IMG/VR virus record: IMGVR_UViG_3300043781_000069
Location: 445 to 64,444 of that record
Length of the DNA: 64,000 bases
Source of the DNA: a virus
Lineage: Duplodnaviria > Caudoviricetes
Strand: one strand, 5' to 3'
Shown: positions 49,683 to 59,669 of the stretch, piece by piece
How the letters are laid out: every line of letters starts with the position of its first letter
Position numbering within the stretch: the stretch's first letter is position 1
Made by a program: the position numbers and the translations under genes
Notes under the pieces: model-generated
What the model was told of the DNA's origin: nothing
What the model saw: only the letters and a program-made list of their open reading frames with translations
Database searches by the model: none

Positions 49683-51538
49683 TATTCGTCCTTCTTCCCC
49701 GTGACGTGATAAATGGCCTTGTTAACCGGGAATTTAATGGTTGGAACCCAGATTTTATCCGATTTCCAGCCACTACCAACAACTTCGTAAAGAGTCATAA
49801 CTGGCATTTTGGTGATTTGATTTCCTAGCGCTAAATCATTTGGTGAAAGTAATGCACCTGTGCCTTGAGTAATGTCACGGTTTCGCCGAATGATTATAAC
49901 CCCTTGGCTTAGGTGATCCTTTATCATATCTCGCAAGGCAGTGATATAGTCATTAACATTAAAGTCAATGCCACCGTCAATATTCTCTAAAATGCGAATA
50001 AAGAAAGCCAAGTTAACCTGTTCATATTGTTTGTGTGCATCAATGGGATCAATTGCATTTGCAATCTTAGTAATTGCTTCAAACGACTTGTTAAGCGGAT
50101 TAAAAGGAAAATAATTTTTACCCCCTACAAAGACGTGCACGAACCTATTATCAAGGACATTGGCACGTGTTGGTGATAACCCTTCTGGCAAAGATATAGT
50201 CATTTGCGAAAGGTCACCATTACTACTGTCGATCTGCTGAACGATCGCGTTGTTAACTGAGTTGATATCTTCAAATAGCTTATAAAGTTCTTTACTAATA
50301 TATACCGCCATTAGTTCCGCATGTCGATCATACCCAAACATCCGGCTATGTTGCCACATAGTATCAGCTTGAGGGCGTTTGGAAGAGCGTACGTAATAAA
50401 TAGTTTGCAGCTTTGGGAAAGTGACTCCTCGTCCAAGTGTGTTCCCGCCGATTACGATATTGCTTCCTGTAGCATAGTCTTTTGCTTCCACATTTTCCCT
50501 ACCGTTGAGCATATAGATGTCTGTATTATCTAACAGATTATCAGCCAGTCGGAACAGTTGATTCTTTGGCAACAGATCAGCATTTTTTACAACAGTGTCA
50601 TATTCTTGAGAAAACCTATCCTTAAAATCATCACTATCTTTTTTGTAATAACTAATAATTTTCTTCACTTTGTTTGCGTATTCTTGGTGTTTAGCAACCC
50701 GAACAGAGGGATGAATCATCATATTGCAAACTTTGTCCCCGTTGCTCAATATTTGGGCTGCAACAACCAGGTGGTGAAGTACAGCCTCTTCAAGCGGATC
50801 TGGAATTTCATCAATATAGTGAATGCATGAAGGCAACTTATTTTCTGGAAAAAAGAAGTTGCCACCAAGATATTGTTTGCCCGGTGTAAAGTAAACAGCA
50901 AAATCAGGGTGCCACGTACTATCAGCTGTTTGCAGGAGCAACGCTTGTGGAGTGGCAGTTGATTGCAGATAAATGGACCCGATTGAAAGTTGGTTGATTT
51001 GATCCAAGTACTTGTTAATCGTGGACTGTTTATCCTTATTAACTAGCGTGTTAAGCGATGAAGCATCGGCCTCGTCATCTAGAATAAACAGCGGATTTCC
51101 AGCAACGACACCAGATGATTTTAAATTATTGGCCCATTGATGAAGTGTATGGAAGTTCTTTTTTAGTACAACGACTGTGGGCTTTTCAAGATTATTTTCA
51201 TTAAATTTTGTAGTGTCGTATTCTCCACAAATGCAGAAATCTGGCAGGTCATTTTGAATTCGTTCGAGTGTTTGCTTTTGTAAAGTCACATTATCGGTAG
51301 TAAGTAAAATAAAAAGCGGAAAAATGTCATCTGCAGCCGCACAAATAATACCGAACATGTGTCCTGTTTTTCCAGATTGAATATTGCCGAATAACAGTCC
51401 GGTTTTCCGGCCGCCCATAAAGTCAAAATTATTGGAGATCTTCTCATACGCTTCTTCGGCAGTCTCTTTAATAGAGTTCGCAAATTGTGGATTCCCACTA
51501 TTAGTAATTCGTGATACGAAATCGTTTAAATAGCTCAT
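49682..51538 (-). CDS. Z1-domain helicase-like ATPase subunit (N.NgoAVII/H.CglI-like)
   Basis: GNIQSGKT, LDDEAD, TATPQA, IGGNTLGRGVT, DTMWQHSRMFGY. Confidence 0.85.
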   Translation of the reverse strand: MSYLNDFVSRITNSGNPQFANSIKETAEEAYEKISNNFDFMGGRKTGLLFGNIQSGKTGHMFGIICAAADDIFPLFILLTTDNVTLQKQTLERIQNDLPDFCICGEYDTTKFNENNLEKPTVVVLKKNFHTLHQWANNLKSSGVVAGNPLFILDDEADASSLNTLVNKDKQSTINKYLDQINQLSIGSIYLQSTATPQALLLQTADSTWHPDFAVYFTPGKQYLGGNFFFPENKLPSCIHYIDEIPDPLEEAVLHHLVVAAQILSNGDKVCNMMIHPSVRVAKHQEYANKVKKIISYYKKDSDDFKDRFSQEYDTVVKNADLLPKNQLFRLADNLLDNTDIYMLNGRENVEAKDYATGSNIVIGGNTLGRGVTFPKLQTIYYVRSSKRPQADTMWQHSRMFGYDRHAELMAVYISKELYKLFEDINSVNNAIVQQIDSSNGDLSQMTISLPEGLSPTRANVLDNRFVHVFVGGKNYFPFNPLNKSFEAITKIANAIDPIDAHKQYEQVNLAFFIRILENIDGGIDFNVNDYITALRDMIKDHLSQGVIIIRRNRDITQGTGALLSPNDLALGNQITKMPVMTLYEVVGSGWKSDKIWVPTIKFPVNKAIYHVTGKKDE

Positions 51539-51542
51539 CTAA

Positions 51543-52670
51543 CTAATCTTCTTTCAATTGTTGTGGCAGGAATGATAGGAGCCATACATCAAGTACATCT
51601 CCCTGTTCATTTTTAGTTTTCTGGGTTGTTTTGGTAAGGCTCAATGTGGTTTTGCCATACTGTTTTAGCATTTCTTCGGTAATGAGACCTTTGAATTCTT
51701 TATCGTTTTCAACGTGGTCAATGGGCTTAACAATACCTGCAGCGACAAGGCGGCCCTTTAGCCAGTAGCCCATAATTTTAAGATCATCTTTGGAATAAAA
51801 ATTTTTGTTATTGTCGCCGCATGTCCATGCTTCAAATTTCCATCCATCATCAGTAACAACCATAAACGGCTTTTTATACTCGGGATATTCTGGCAAAGTA
51901 TATATTTTCTTTCCGTTTACAATCTCGGTTTCCCACCATTCGCGTTTACGACCTTTTGCGTAACAAACATTAATGTTGGACCCTCTAAACTTTTGATCAT
52001 TGTCATCCTTTGGAACTTTTAATGGGATTTCGATTGTTGAACCTGTAAGATGACGTTCATAAGCGGCAATTTCGTCCGAATTGATACGCTGAACGTGTTC
52101 AACATCTTTTAGCTTGAAGTTTTCCTGGCGAATTAATGGGATCTTATTTTTAACATCAGTGATTGATTTACAGCATAGCTTTTGAAGCTTTGCAATATGT
52201 TCTTTTAGCTCATTCAGGCTATTAGAATCATCTAAACTGATAGCTAGTTCATATTGGCGGCGTGTTTGTGCATTTAATGAAATAGCACCTAAGTTAGCCG
52301 ATCCGATAATACCCGCAAAAGGTTCTCCATCATGTGAAAATAGGTAGCACTTACCATGATAGCGAAATGTGCATACTATATCGATTTCTCCAATACCATG
52401 AGCGCCCCAATTGTGGTCCATGCTTAAAAGAGTATTATAAATATTTTCAGGCATCCCCTCGATAAAGTACATGCCGACAATCAGTTTAATCCGCCTGATA
52501 TTATATTCGGATATACAGCTATTAAGTTCTTCGAGCGAATCTTGAGAAACATACCCAGTCGCAATTTCTATACTATCAGCTCGTTTAATGTTTTCACTAA
52601 ACTGATCGCGAAAGTTATCCTTAATTTTCTCTGTTCGAAGCGGCGGTACATTAGTATATAGAATTGACAT
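51543..52670 (-). CDS. PLD-family restriction endonuclease (NgoFVII/NgoAVII-like)
   Basis: IATGYVS, YHGKCY..IIGSAN (HxK motif); C-terminal SNIN..SKDDLKIMGYWLKGRL. Confidence 0.85.
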   Translation of the reverse strand: MSILYTNVPPLRTEKIKDNFRDQFSENIKRADSIEIATGYVSQDSLEELNSCISEYNIRRIKLIVGMYFIEGMPENIYNTLLSMDHNWGAHGIGEIDIVCTFRYHGKCYLFSHDGEPFAGIIGSANLGAISLNAQTRRQYELAISLDDSNSLNELKEHIAKLQKLCCKSITDVKNKIPLIRQENFKLKDVEHVQRINSDEIAAYERHLTGSTIEIPLKVPKDDNDQKFRGSNINVCYAKGRKREWWETEIVNGKKIYTLPEYPEYKKPFMVVTDDGWKFEAWTCGDNNKNFYSKDDLKIMGYWLKGRLVAAGIVKPIDHVENDKEFKGLITEEMLKQYGKTTLSLTKTTQKTKNEQGDVLDVWLLSFLPQQLKED

Positions 52671-52778
52671 TTTATACTCCTTTTTGCTGCGTATTCGAAA
52701 AATATTGCTTATTTATTTCTTTATCGCAGCTAATGTGTTAAACTTATAATCAATTAATTAATATGAGGAAGGCGTTGC

Positions 52779-53105
52779 ATGAGTAAGTCGTTAGGTCAAT
52801 ATTTGAAAAGTCTTCGCAATAGTAAGCACATGAGCATGGCTACTGTGTTTGAGCAGACTGGCATAACAAATTCGAGGCTTTCAAAACTAGAACATGATCA
52901 GATAACTGACCCCTCAATATCAGTTATCTGTAAATTATCAAAATGCTATAAAGTAGATGTCGTTAATATGCTGAACGAAGCAGGAATGGACATAAAAAAG
53001 ACCACTCCTTTTCAACACACATCTTTCTTAAACAAGGACGAAGTGGTTGGCTTGCAGTATATTATTGACCTTTTAACGAAAGAGAGATGGAATCATGAAG
53101 TATAG
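52779..53105 (+). CDS. Xre HTH regulator (probable R-M controller)
   Basis: LGQYLKSLRN..TGITNSRLSKLE..PSISVICKL; overlaps MTase start. Confidence 0.85.
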   Translation: MSKSLGQYLKSLRNSKHMSMATVFEQTGITNSRLSKLEHDQITDPSISVICKLSKCYKVDVVNMLNEAGMDIKKTTPFQHTSFLNKDEVVGLQYIIDLLTKERWNHEV

Positions 53106-54144
53106 ATTAGGTGAGTTATTTTGCGGACCGGGAGGTTTAGCCCTTGGTGCTAAGACTGCTGATATAGGTAATGGTGATCGAATTATTCATGCGTGGGCTA
53201 ATGATTTCGATAAAGATACGTGTGAAACCTATATTCGTAATATATGCCCAGGAAATCCGGAATCCGTCTACTGCGAGGACGTTAGAAAATTTGATTTAAC
53301 TCAGTTAACGCCAATTGATGGATTAGCATTCGGATTCCCTTGCAACGACTTTTCTGTTGTCGGTAAACAGAAGGGCTTTGAAGGAACATATGGGCCACTT
53401 TACACCTATGGTGTTAAGGCGTTGAAGCTTTATCAGCCAAAGTGGTTCCTTGCTGAAAACGTTGGCGGAATCAAATCCGCAAATCAGGGTAAAGCATTTC
53501 AAAAAATTCTTTCAGATATGAAAGATGCAGGCTACACAATCGTACCAAACCTATATAAATTTGAAGAATATGGGGTTCCACAAGCACGCCATCGTATTAT
53601 TGTCGTTGGTATCCGCAACGATTTAGCTTCCAAATATCATTATAAAGTACCTTCTACAGAAATGTATAAAGACGTAGATAATAGCGCTAAAAATGCTATT
53701 GATAATCCACCTATTCCAACTGACGCATTTAACAATGAACGAACACGTCAAACAAAGACTGTTGTGGAGCGGCTTAAATATATTAAACCAGGGCAAAATG
53801 CTTTTAATGCTGATATTCCTGATAATCTCAAATTGCATGTCAAGGGTGCTAAAATCAGTCAGATTTATCGACGATTAGAGCCGGATAAGCCATCATATAC
53901 AGTTACTGGTTCCGGGGGTGGTGGCACACATATGTATCATTGGTCAGAACCACGAGCATTAACTAACCGTGAAAAAGCACGTTTACAGACATTCCCAGAT
54001 AATTTTGAATTTATGGGATCAAAAGAGAGCGTACGAAAGCAAGTAGGAATGGCTGTACCTGTTCGTGGGGCACGTATAATCTTTGAAGCAATTCTTAAAA
54101 CGTTTGCAGGCATTGACTACCCATCTCAAGAAGCTCACATATAA
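53095..54144 (+). CDS. DNA cytosine-5 methyltransferase
   Basis: LFCGPGG, GFPCNDFS, ENV, QARHR, RLQTFP, VGMAVP. Confidence 0.95.
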   Translation: MKYRLGELFCGPGGLALGAKTADIGNGDRIIHAWANDFDKDTCETYIRNICPGNPESVYCEDVRKFDLTQLTPIDGLAFGFPCNDFSVVGKQKGFEGTYGPLYTYGVKALKLYQPKWFLAENVGGIKSANQGKAFQKILSDMKDAGYTIVPNLYKFEEYGVPQARHRIIVVGIRNDLASKYHYKVPSTEMYKDVDNSAKNAIDNPPIPTDAFNNERTRQTKTVVERLKYIKPGQNAFNADIPDNLKLHVKGAKISQIYRRLEPDKPSYTVTGSGGGGTHMYHWSEPRALTNREKARLQTFPDNFEFMGSKESVRKQVGMAVPVRGARIIFEAILKTFAGIDYPSQEAHI

Positions 54145-54208
54145 TAAGCATTTTTAGGCCCAATTATGAATTGCATGGAAATTAAATAAAGTAATATACC
54201 GCACTATT

Positions 54209-54243
54209 CAGTACCGATGAAAATCTTTCATTGGTACTTTTTG
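54209..54243. terminator. Intrinsic terminator between convergent genes
   Basis: AGTACCGATGAAA..TTTCATTGGTACT plus T-run. Confidence 0.65.
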
Positions 54244-54284
54244 TTTATAAAGACTATTTAATTTTTTCGTTACTGATAAATAAG

Positions 54285-56576
54285 TTATTTATTCATCATC
54301 ATATTGAAATGTTGTTCCTGACCCATACACTGAAATATCAGTTCAAATATTTTTCGACATTGATCATCATTTACATCTGTCTCTACAACTAGTACATCAT
54401 CAGTTATTCCCATTGATTCATCGGTAATATAGGACAGAATTGCTGACGCTAGATTATAATTTCGAAATCCATCTTGAATGAATTTATCTTTATTGTCTTC
54501 CAAAATCTGCTTACGTAGGCTTGATCTGCTGTGCCCACATATTTGCAAAAAATAATATTCCAGAATTCTGCGCATAACATTAATTAGGGCCGCACCAGAC
54601 GCCTGCTGGTATTCATCCCACAAAGCAGCATAAGAATTTTTAACTGGATTAACATTCATCATGTGGGTTGGACAGTTGGGATTTTGTTTCTCGCAAAGTT
54701 TAACATCCGACTGATTATTCTTTTTGCTGATCAGATAGAAAGAAACGTAGTTATATTCATTTTCGTATTCATAGGAAACTTCACGCTGGAAGAAGGCATT
54801 ATGCGTAAAGATGAAAATCTGCTTAATAAAATTGTCGTCAGTCAAATTGCGTCTATTGTCAGCATTATTTCTACAAATTGATACTAGCTTCCTAATTTCA
54901 GCACTGACGATAAACAGCGTACTGCTATCCATGCTGGAAACCGGATCATCAATAATCACTATCTTGTCTTTCAAATTTCCATTCTTGTTGTCGCTTCCAT
55001 AAACTTGCTGAAGAAAATACATGAAGGCGATAAAGTTTCTTTCTCCTTCACTAAGGTTCTTAGCTGCTGTACGGGTTTCGGCACGTACAACCACATAATT
55101 GATAGTTGGCGTTTCTTTGTCGCCAGAAGAGGTTTTTATTGGACGAAGTTCGAACCCCTGAAATCCTGAATCTTGTAGCATAGCATTAATGTTATTCATG
55201 GCAGTCTCAGTTTCTACCGTCTGCTGATTTAATTCAACGATCTGTTCATTTATAGAAGTTAAACTTGTATCTGACTCTTTGATTTTTGTTTCCTGTGCTT
55301 TTATTTCATCATCTATCTGTTCTTTAGCTTGCTGATAATTGGCAATTAGTTCCTTCATGTCAAAAGCCATCAAAGCAAAAACAGCTTCTTTACATTCTTG
55401 CTTCTTTGCTGACTTAGACGCAACGATTGTATTGTTCTCATCAATAAGACCATTAAACTCGGTAATCATACCTTGCAGATCAGTCAGCATTGCTTTTAAA
55501 CTGTCAAGTTTAACTATTTTTGAAGGCTCCTTTATTTTGAAATAAATCTTTCCAAGGTTATCCGTAATTACACCTTTAATAGCGTTCAGTTTATCCTTGT
55601 AATTCTGGATCTCAATTGCTGGATATAACGGTTCAGGAAGATTACTAATAGATAAAAACAAATTATTAGCTGTGCTTCGGTAATTGTTAAGAAACTGACT
55701 TAATCTTTGGCGATTATTTGCATACTGATCGTCAAAGCTCCGCTGAAACTCTTCTTCAAAAGAAGGCTCTAATTCTCTAGAACAATATGGGCACCTGCCA
55801 TCGGTTTTCGCTTGAAATTCAGCATGTCCTTGTTGTGCCCACTCTGTAGCGCCAATTTGTTTAAGAAACACGGCTAACTGTGTATCAGCTGAATTTACAA
55901 TGGCTATGGAGAGAATCTCATTATCCTGCACTTTATCTAGAATTGATAGATCAATTGATTCGTTAAACTTCGGATACTGTTTTGCATCATTTGCGTAAGT
56001 AGTATTATACAAATTCTTTAATTTTTGAATATCTTGAAAACGTGGTGATGTTTCTAACAACTTATCAACAAATTTTTTCTTAGAACCCTTAAAGCCATTC
56101 TGAGTCTTTTCAAATGCTTTACGAAGATCTTCCGTCCTATCCCAGCAATTACTATAAAATTGACGATTCAGCTGTTCTAATTTTTGCTTATGTCGATTGC
56201 AATTTTCTATGGCCTTGGTTCTCTTTTCACCCAACATCTCTTTATTCTTCTTAAGCCTTGTAATATTTTTCTGAATCTCGGCGTTGGTTGAATTAATTGT
56301 ATAAACACCCGGTAAGTTCTCATTGCTTCGGACATTCCGTTCAATATAACCTTGATCATAAAGCATAACTTTATAATCTTCAGCAGTCGTTCCTGTAGCA
56401 AATGTTACTCCCTTGCCTGACCGTATTGTTTTAGCAATAGTCGACTTACCAGTACCGTTGCTACCGAAGAAATAGTTGATATACGTGGGGGTAATTTTTG
56501 CTGGATTGTTTTTGAATGTGGCTTGATTTACTAATACCTCTGTTATCTTCGATGGCATTTTCCTAGAATTAATCAT
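54285..56576 (-). CDS. RloC-like (AAA_13) ABC ATPase with zinc hook and HEPN-like C-terminus
   Basis: GSNGTGKST, CPYC, LSEGE, IIDDPVSSMD, FTHN, NVMRRILEYY; ATG 56576 overlaps upstream stop. Confidence 0.82.
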   Translation of the reverse strand: MINSRKMPSKITEVLVNQATFKNNPAKITPTYINYFFGSNGTGKSTIAKTIRSGKGVTFATGTTAEDYKVMLYDQGYIERNVRSNENLPGVYTINSTNAEIQKNITRLKKNKEMLGEKRTKAIENCNRHKQKLEQLNRQFYSNCWDRTEDLRKAFEKTQNGFKGSKKKFVDKLLETSPRFQDIQKLKNLYNTTYANDAKQYPKFNESIDLSILDKVQDNEILSIAIVNSADTQLAVFLKQIGATEWAQQGHAEFQAKTDGRCPYCSRELEPSFEEEFQRSFDDQYANNRQRLSQFLNNYRSTANNLFLSISNLPEPLYPAIEIQNYKDKLNAIKGVITDNLGKIYFKIKEPSKIVKLDSLKAMLTDLQGMITEFNGLIDENNTIVASKSAKKQECKEAVFALMAFDMKELIANYQQAKEQIDDEIKAQETKIKESDTSLTSINEQIVELNQQTVETETAMNNINAMLQDSGFQGFELRPIKTSSGDKETPTINYVVVRAETRTAAKNLSEGERNFIAFMYFLQQVYGSDNKNGNLKDKIVIIDDPVSSMDSSTLFIVSAEIRKLVSICRNNADNRRNLTDDNFIKQIFIFTHNAFFQREVSYEYENEYNYVSFYLISKKNNQSDVKLCEKQNPNCPTHMMNVNPVKNSYAALWDEYQQASGAALINVMRRILEYYFLQICGHSRSSLRKQILEDNKDKFIQDGFRNYNLASAILSYITDESMGITDDVLVVETDVNDDQCRKIFELIFQCMGQEQHFNMMMNK

Positions 56577-57223
56577 TTCCACCCTCCTTTTGTAATATCT
56601 ATTTTTAGACGCTTTAAAACCTGAAAAACATTTTTGGAGCGGACAGACCAGCCGCAAATATTTAGATCGGTTAAATCACAGCCAACGTTGATCCCCAGCG
56701 AGTGTGCGATGTCTGGCTTACAAATGGCCTGTTTAGAAACTATACACAAGGTTCTAAAATCTAATCTTATAAAAGTATTCCTGACAAACACATCGTGAAT
56801 GTATCCCAATGCGAATATTTGATCATAGCTAGTACTATTGGTTTCACAGTGATATCCTGTGTTTTTTCGACAAATCAAAGCTGGGAAAGTTTTTAATTCT
56901 GCTATTCCCTTTTCTGATAAGGAAGAGCACCTGCGCAGTATTTCAGGCGGTACCATATTCTTAATTAACGCCCGGTTTGTGGGGACAATCACGTAATTTT
57001 CCTCTAACATTCCTGAATTATCGGCCACTATCAGCTGGTAATATCGATGACTAAATGACCGTAAAGCAATCATATCAGCCGTGGAACCGTGCAATGGTTG
57101 CCTTTTTTGAGCAGAATTATAAATATTTACCGTTCCATGATTATCTATGTATGTACTTTTGTCACCATTCTGCGTGACCTTTTTGGCAATTTCTTTTCCG
57201 TATTCCATTAGATAGTTACCCAT
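56573..57223 (-). CDS. Hypothetical protein, defence-associated
   Basis: 216-aa ORF translationally coupled to the ATPase; start may be a few codons downstream. Confidence 0.65.
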   Translation of the reverse strand: MGNYLMEYGKEIAKKVTQNGDKSTYIDNHGTVNIYNSAQKRQPLHGSTADMIALRSFSHRYYQLIVADNSGMLEENYVIVPTNRALIKNMVPPEILRRCSSLSEKGIAELKTFPALICRKNTGYHCETNSTSYDQIFALGYIHDVFVRNTFIRLDFRTLCIVSKQAICKPDIAHSLGINVGCDLTDLNICGWSVRSKNVFQVLKRLKIDITKGGWK

Positions 57224-57235
57224 TAAAATCTCCCC

Positions 57236-58105
57236 TTACAAATTCATATTTATCGTTCCATTGTTCGTCAAGTTGATGTTATGATCACCATTTTGCACAA
57301 CATTTGTCTGATGATTAATTACTGTTTGATTCGCCCTTGAACGTTCATCATGTTTTTGAGGTTCAATAATATCGACCTTCTCAGATTCGTCTGAGGAGGC
57401 TTTTTTATTTTGGGCACTATCCGATGACCCATCTTTTACCCAGCCAGACACTGTAATTTTCTTGGCCGTCATCTGTCCAATATCACTGCTAAACACTCTC
57501 GGCTTCCGATTTTCTTTTTTACCTAAGATATTTAAAGTTGCTACCCCTTTTTTATTTTCCCCTCGTCTTTCAGATAATATGAAAAACAGGATGCCTACAA
57601 GAAAAGGCTCCAATTCAAAACTTTTATTCTTCAAAAGTTGCTCTTTAGTTATGGCTTTACCGTTAGCCATTGTATAAAACTTCTGGCTGTCACTAATAGA
57701 ATCATCTTTCTGTATAACCTCCAATACAGCTCCTACAAACCACTCACTTGTTTGGAGATCAAAGTGTTTATCAATGAAAACTTTCATTCTATCCAGGGCC
57801 AGCAAGTAATTATTATCTATAAGTTTCTGATAAACAGATATTTTTACGCAATCATTGAACGGTATATTTTTTGTTCCTTCTGTTTTTCCGTCTTTATATT
57901 GCGAGGTATCTTTAGCAGAAATGGAGTAATCATCACCTGTAAATGTACGTATCAATTCGTTCATGACAATTGGATCAGAGTGTTCATCATGATTACCTGA
58001 TATATGTGATCTTGCATTACCATTTGGCTTCACGCTCTGTAAAAGTAAGAAAAATAGAACACACCCGCATAAATACATTTGATCATGTTTGCCTGCGTCT
58101 TTCAC
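57236..58105 (-). CDS. Hypothetical protein, first divergent gene (candidate element regulator)
   Basis: 289-aa ORF, AAGGTGG RBS; same position as 19387-20703 in element 2. Confidence 0.65.
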   Translation of the reverse strand: MKDAGKHDQMYLCGCVLFFLLLQSVKPNGNARSHISGNHDEHSDPIVMNELIRTFTGDDYSISAKDTSQYKDGKTEGTKNIPFNDCVKISVYQKLIDNNYLLALDRMKVFIDKHFDLQTSEWFVGAVLEVIQKDDSISDSQKFYTMANGKAITKEQLLKNKSFELEPFLVGILFFILSERRGENKKGVATLNILGKKENRKPRVFSSDIGQMTAKKITVSGWVKDGSSDSAQNKKASSDESEKVDIIEPQKHDERSRANQTVINHQTNVVQNGDHNINLTNNGTINMNL

Positions 58106-58131
58106 TTTGGACCACCTTCAATCTACTCAAA

Positions 58132-58167
58132 AAGTAACTCAAGAAACCAAAGTAACTGAAGTAAGGC
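58132..58167. repeat. 9-bp tandem repeats x4 (AAGTAACTN-like), possible operator
   Basis: AAGTAACTC AAGAAACCA AAGTAACTG AAGTAAGGC. Confidence 0.6.
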
Positions 58168-58399
58168 GATATATCTATTGACATCGACTGAAGTAATGAC
58201 AGGTTAAAAGATGTAAAGAAATATAATCTCTTTACTTTGATTGCTTAAGGATGTTTACAAAAATTTTAATTTTGTATATATGCACATTTTAATTATATCA
58301 AGTTTTCAAATCTCTGTAGATATCTTTTTAATCAGTAGCATGTGTTGCCCGATCAACAACTTTTACTAGCATGCACCTAATTGCATAACTTTCTGTAAC

Positions 58400-58523
58400 A
58401 AGCCACTAGTAAGGCAAGTTGCAGTACCCAAGCGATTAATCGTTTAGGTCTGTTTCTTATTGCCTTGTTAGTGGCTTTTAGTGTGCCTTCGATTCCTTCG
58501 CTTGGGAGATCCCAAACGGAGGT
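58400..58523 (+). promoter_or_regulatory. Structured leader upstream of sigma-like gene (element 3 copy)
   Basis: AAGCCACTAGTAAGGCAA/TTGCCTTGTTAGTGGCTT stem; CCCAAGCGA/TCGCTTGGG. Confidence 0.6.
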
Positions 58524-58531
58524 TTTATTAA

Positions 58532-59050
58532 ATGAAGACAAATAATAGTGAGTACGAATTAGTCGGTGAACAAAATAACAAGCTAATCGTCCGTGTAAAG
58601 CATATGGGCAACCAAACAGTAGTGATCACTAAAGCTGAAGGCAATGTCATTTTCGACTTTGACCACCAACAATATAATTCCGATCACCGAAACGAACGTC
58701 ACCAAGATAAGTTCTTCAAGCAAGATCCATCTGATCCAGATATGAATATGATGGATACTCTGGCAGATCGAGGGTCTATTGAAGTTACCTCAGTTTATGG
58801 TAAGGACAACCTGCTTAACCAAATCATTCAAAAAGAAGACCATCAAAGTCGACAAATGTTAACTGAACAATTACCGGCTGCCTTAGCTACTTTAACGGAC
58901 AAACAAAAATATGCCGTCACACAGTATTACTGCAACGGCATGAAGAAAAATCAAATTGCTAAAGAGATGAGCATCAGCAAGGTTATGGCTGGTCGTCACG
59001 TTAAAGCCGCAATTAAAAAGATGCGCCAGTTTTACGGCATTGAAGATTAA
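58532..59050 (+). CDS. Sigma70 region 4-like transcription regulator
   Basis: Close homologue of 21083-21601, same length. Confidence 0.8.
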   Translation: MKTNNSEYELVGEQNNKLIVRVKHMGNQTVVITKAEGNVIFDFDHQQYNSDHRNERHQDKFFKQDPSDPDMNMMDTLADRGSIEVTSVYGKDNLLNQIIQKEDHQSRQMLTEQLPAALATLTDKQKYAVTQYYCNGMKKNQIAKEMSISKVMAGRHVKAAIKKMRQFYGIED

Positions 59051-59073
59051 TTAGAGAAAAGTGGACCATAGTA

Positions 59074-59102
59074 GGTTCACTTTTTTTTTGTCTCTGGCAA
59101 AT
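59074..59102 (+). promoter_or_regulatory. Bipartite motif copy 4
   Basis: GGTTCACTT-N11-CTGGCAAAT. Confidence 0.6.
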
Positions 59103-59147
59103 AGGTGTGAGAATAGCTCACTAGCCTAATGAAAGGAGCTAGCAAGA

Positions 59148-59337
59148 ATGGCTAACAAAGTTTCGAATAACGTTACCAAGTATCCCCATCAAGCTGAGTC
59201 GTCAGTATGCAAAACATCACGATCCGTGAACGATTACTCCGCTTGCTGCTTGGTAAACCACATCACTTGATGGTGATTACGCCCGGCAAAGATGTTCAGC
59301 AGTTACAGATTAATGAGGTAAAGGAGGCTTCCCATGA
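59148..59337 (+). pseudogene. Small hypothetical protein, frameshifted
   Basis: Homologue of 21701-21904 with a 1-bp deletion near 59197. Confidence 0.6.
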
Positions 59338-59669
59338 GTGCAATGAATGATTTGGATCTTCAACTAAAAGAACGCGAAGAATTCTATCAACGCATGGCTG
59401 AAGAAGCGGTGGAAGGTCTTAAAACCATTCAAGCCGTTCGTCAGCAGTTATCTGGTAACAACAATGATCAAGCTGTCGATGAACAGCCGAAACGCAATCC
59501 AGTTCAAGATAAGATCACGATCCGTCAACTGCTGGCTAAGAAGTGCCAAGAAGGTTATACAGAACAGGTCAAGGAGCTTCTTCACAAGTTCGGTGCCGAA
59601 AAGCTGTCGGATGTTGATCCTAAAGATTACGAGAATCTGTATTACAGTGCGGAGGGGATCGGCCAATGA
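59334..59669 (+). CDS. Conserved phage hypothetical protein
   Basis: Homologue of 21888-22205. Confidence 0.75.
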   Translation: MSAMNDLDLQLKEREEFYQRMAEEAVEGLKTIQAVRQQLSGNNNDQAVDEQPKRNPVQDKITIRQLLAKKCQEGYTEQVKELLHKFGAEKLSDVDPKDYENLYYSAEGIGQ

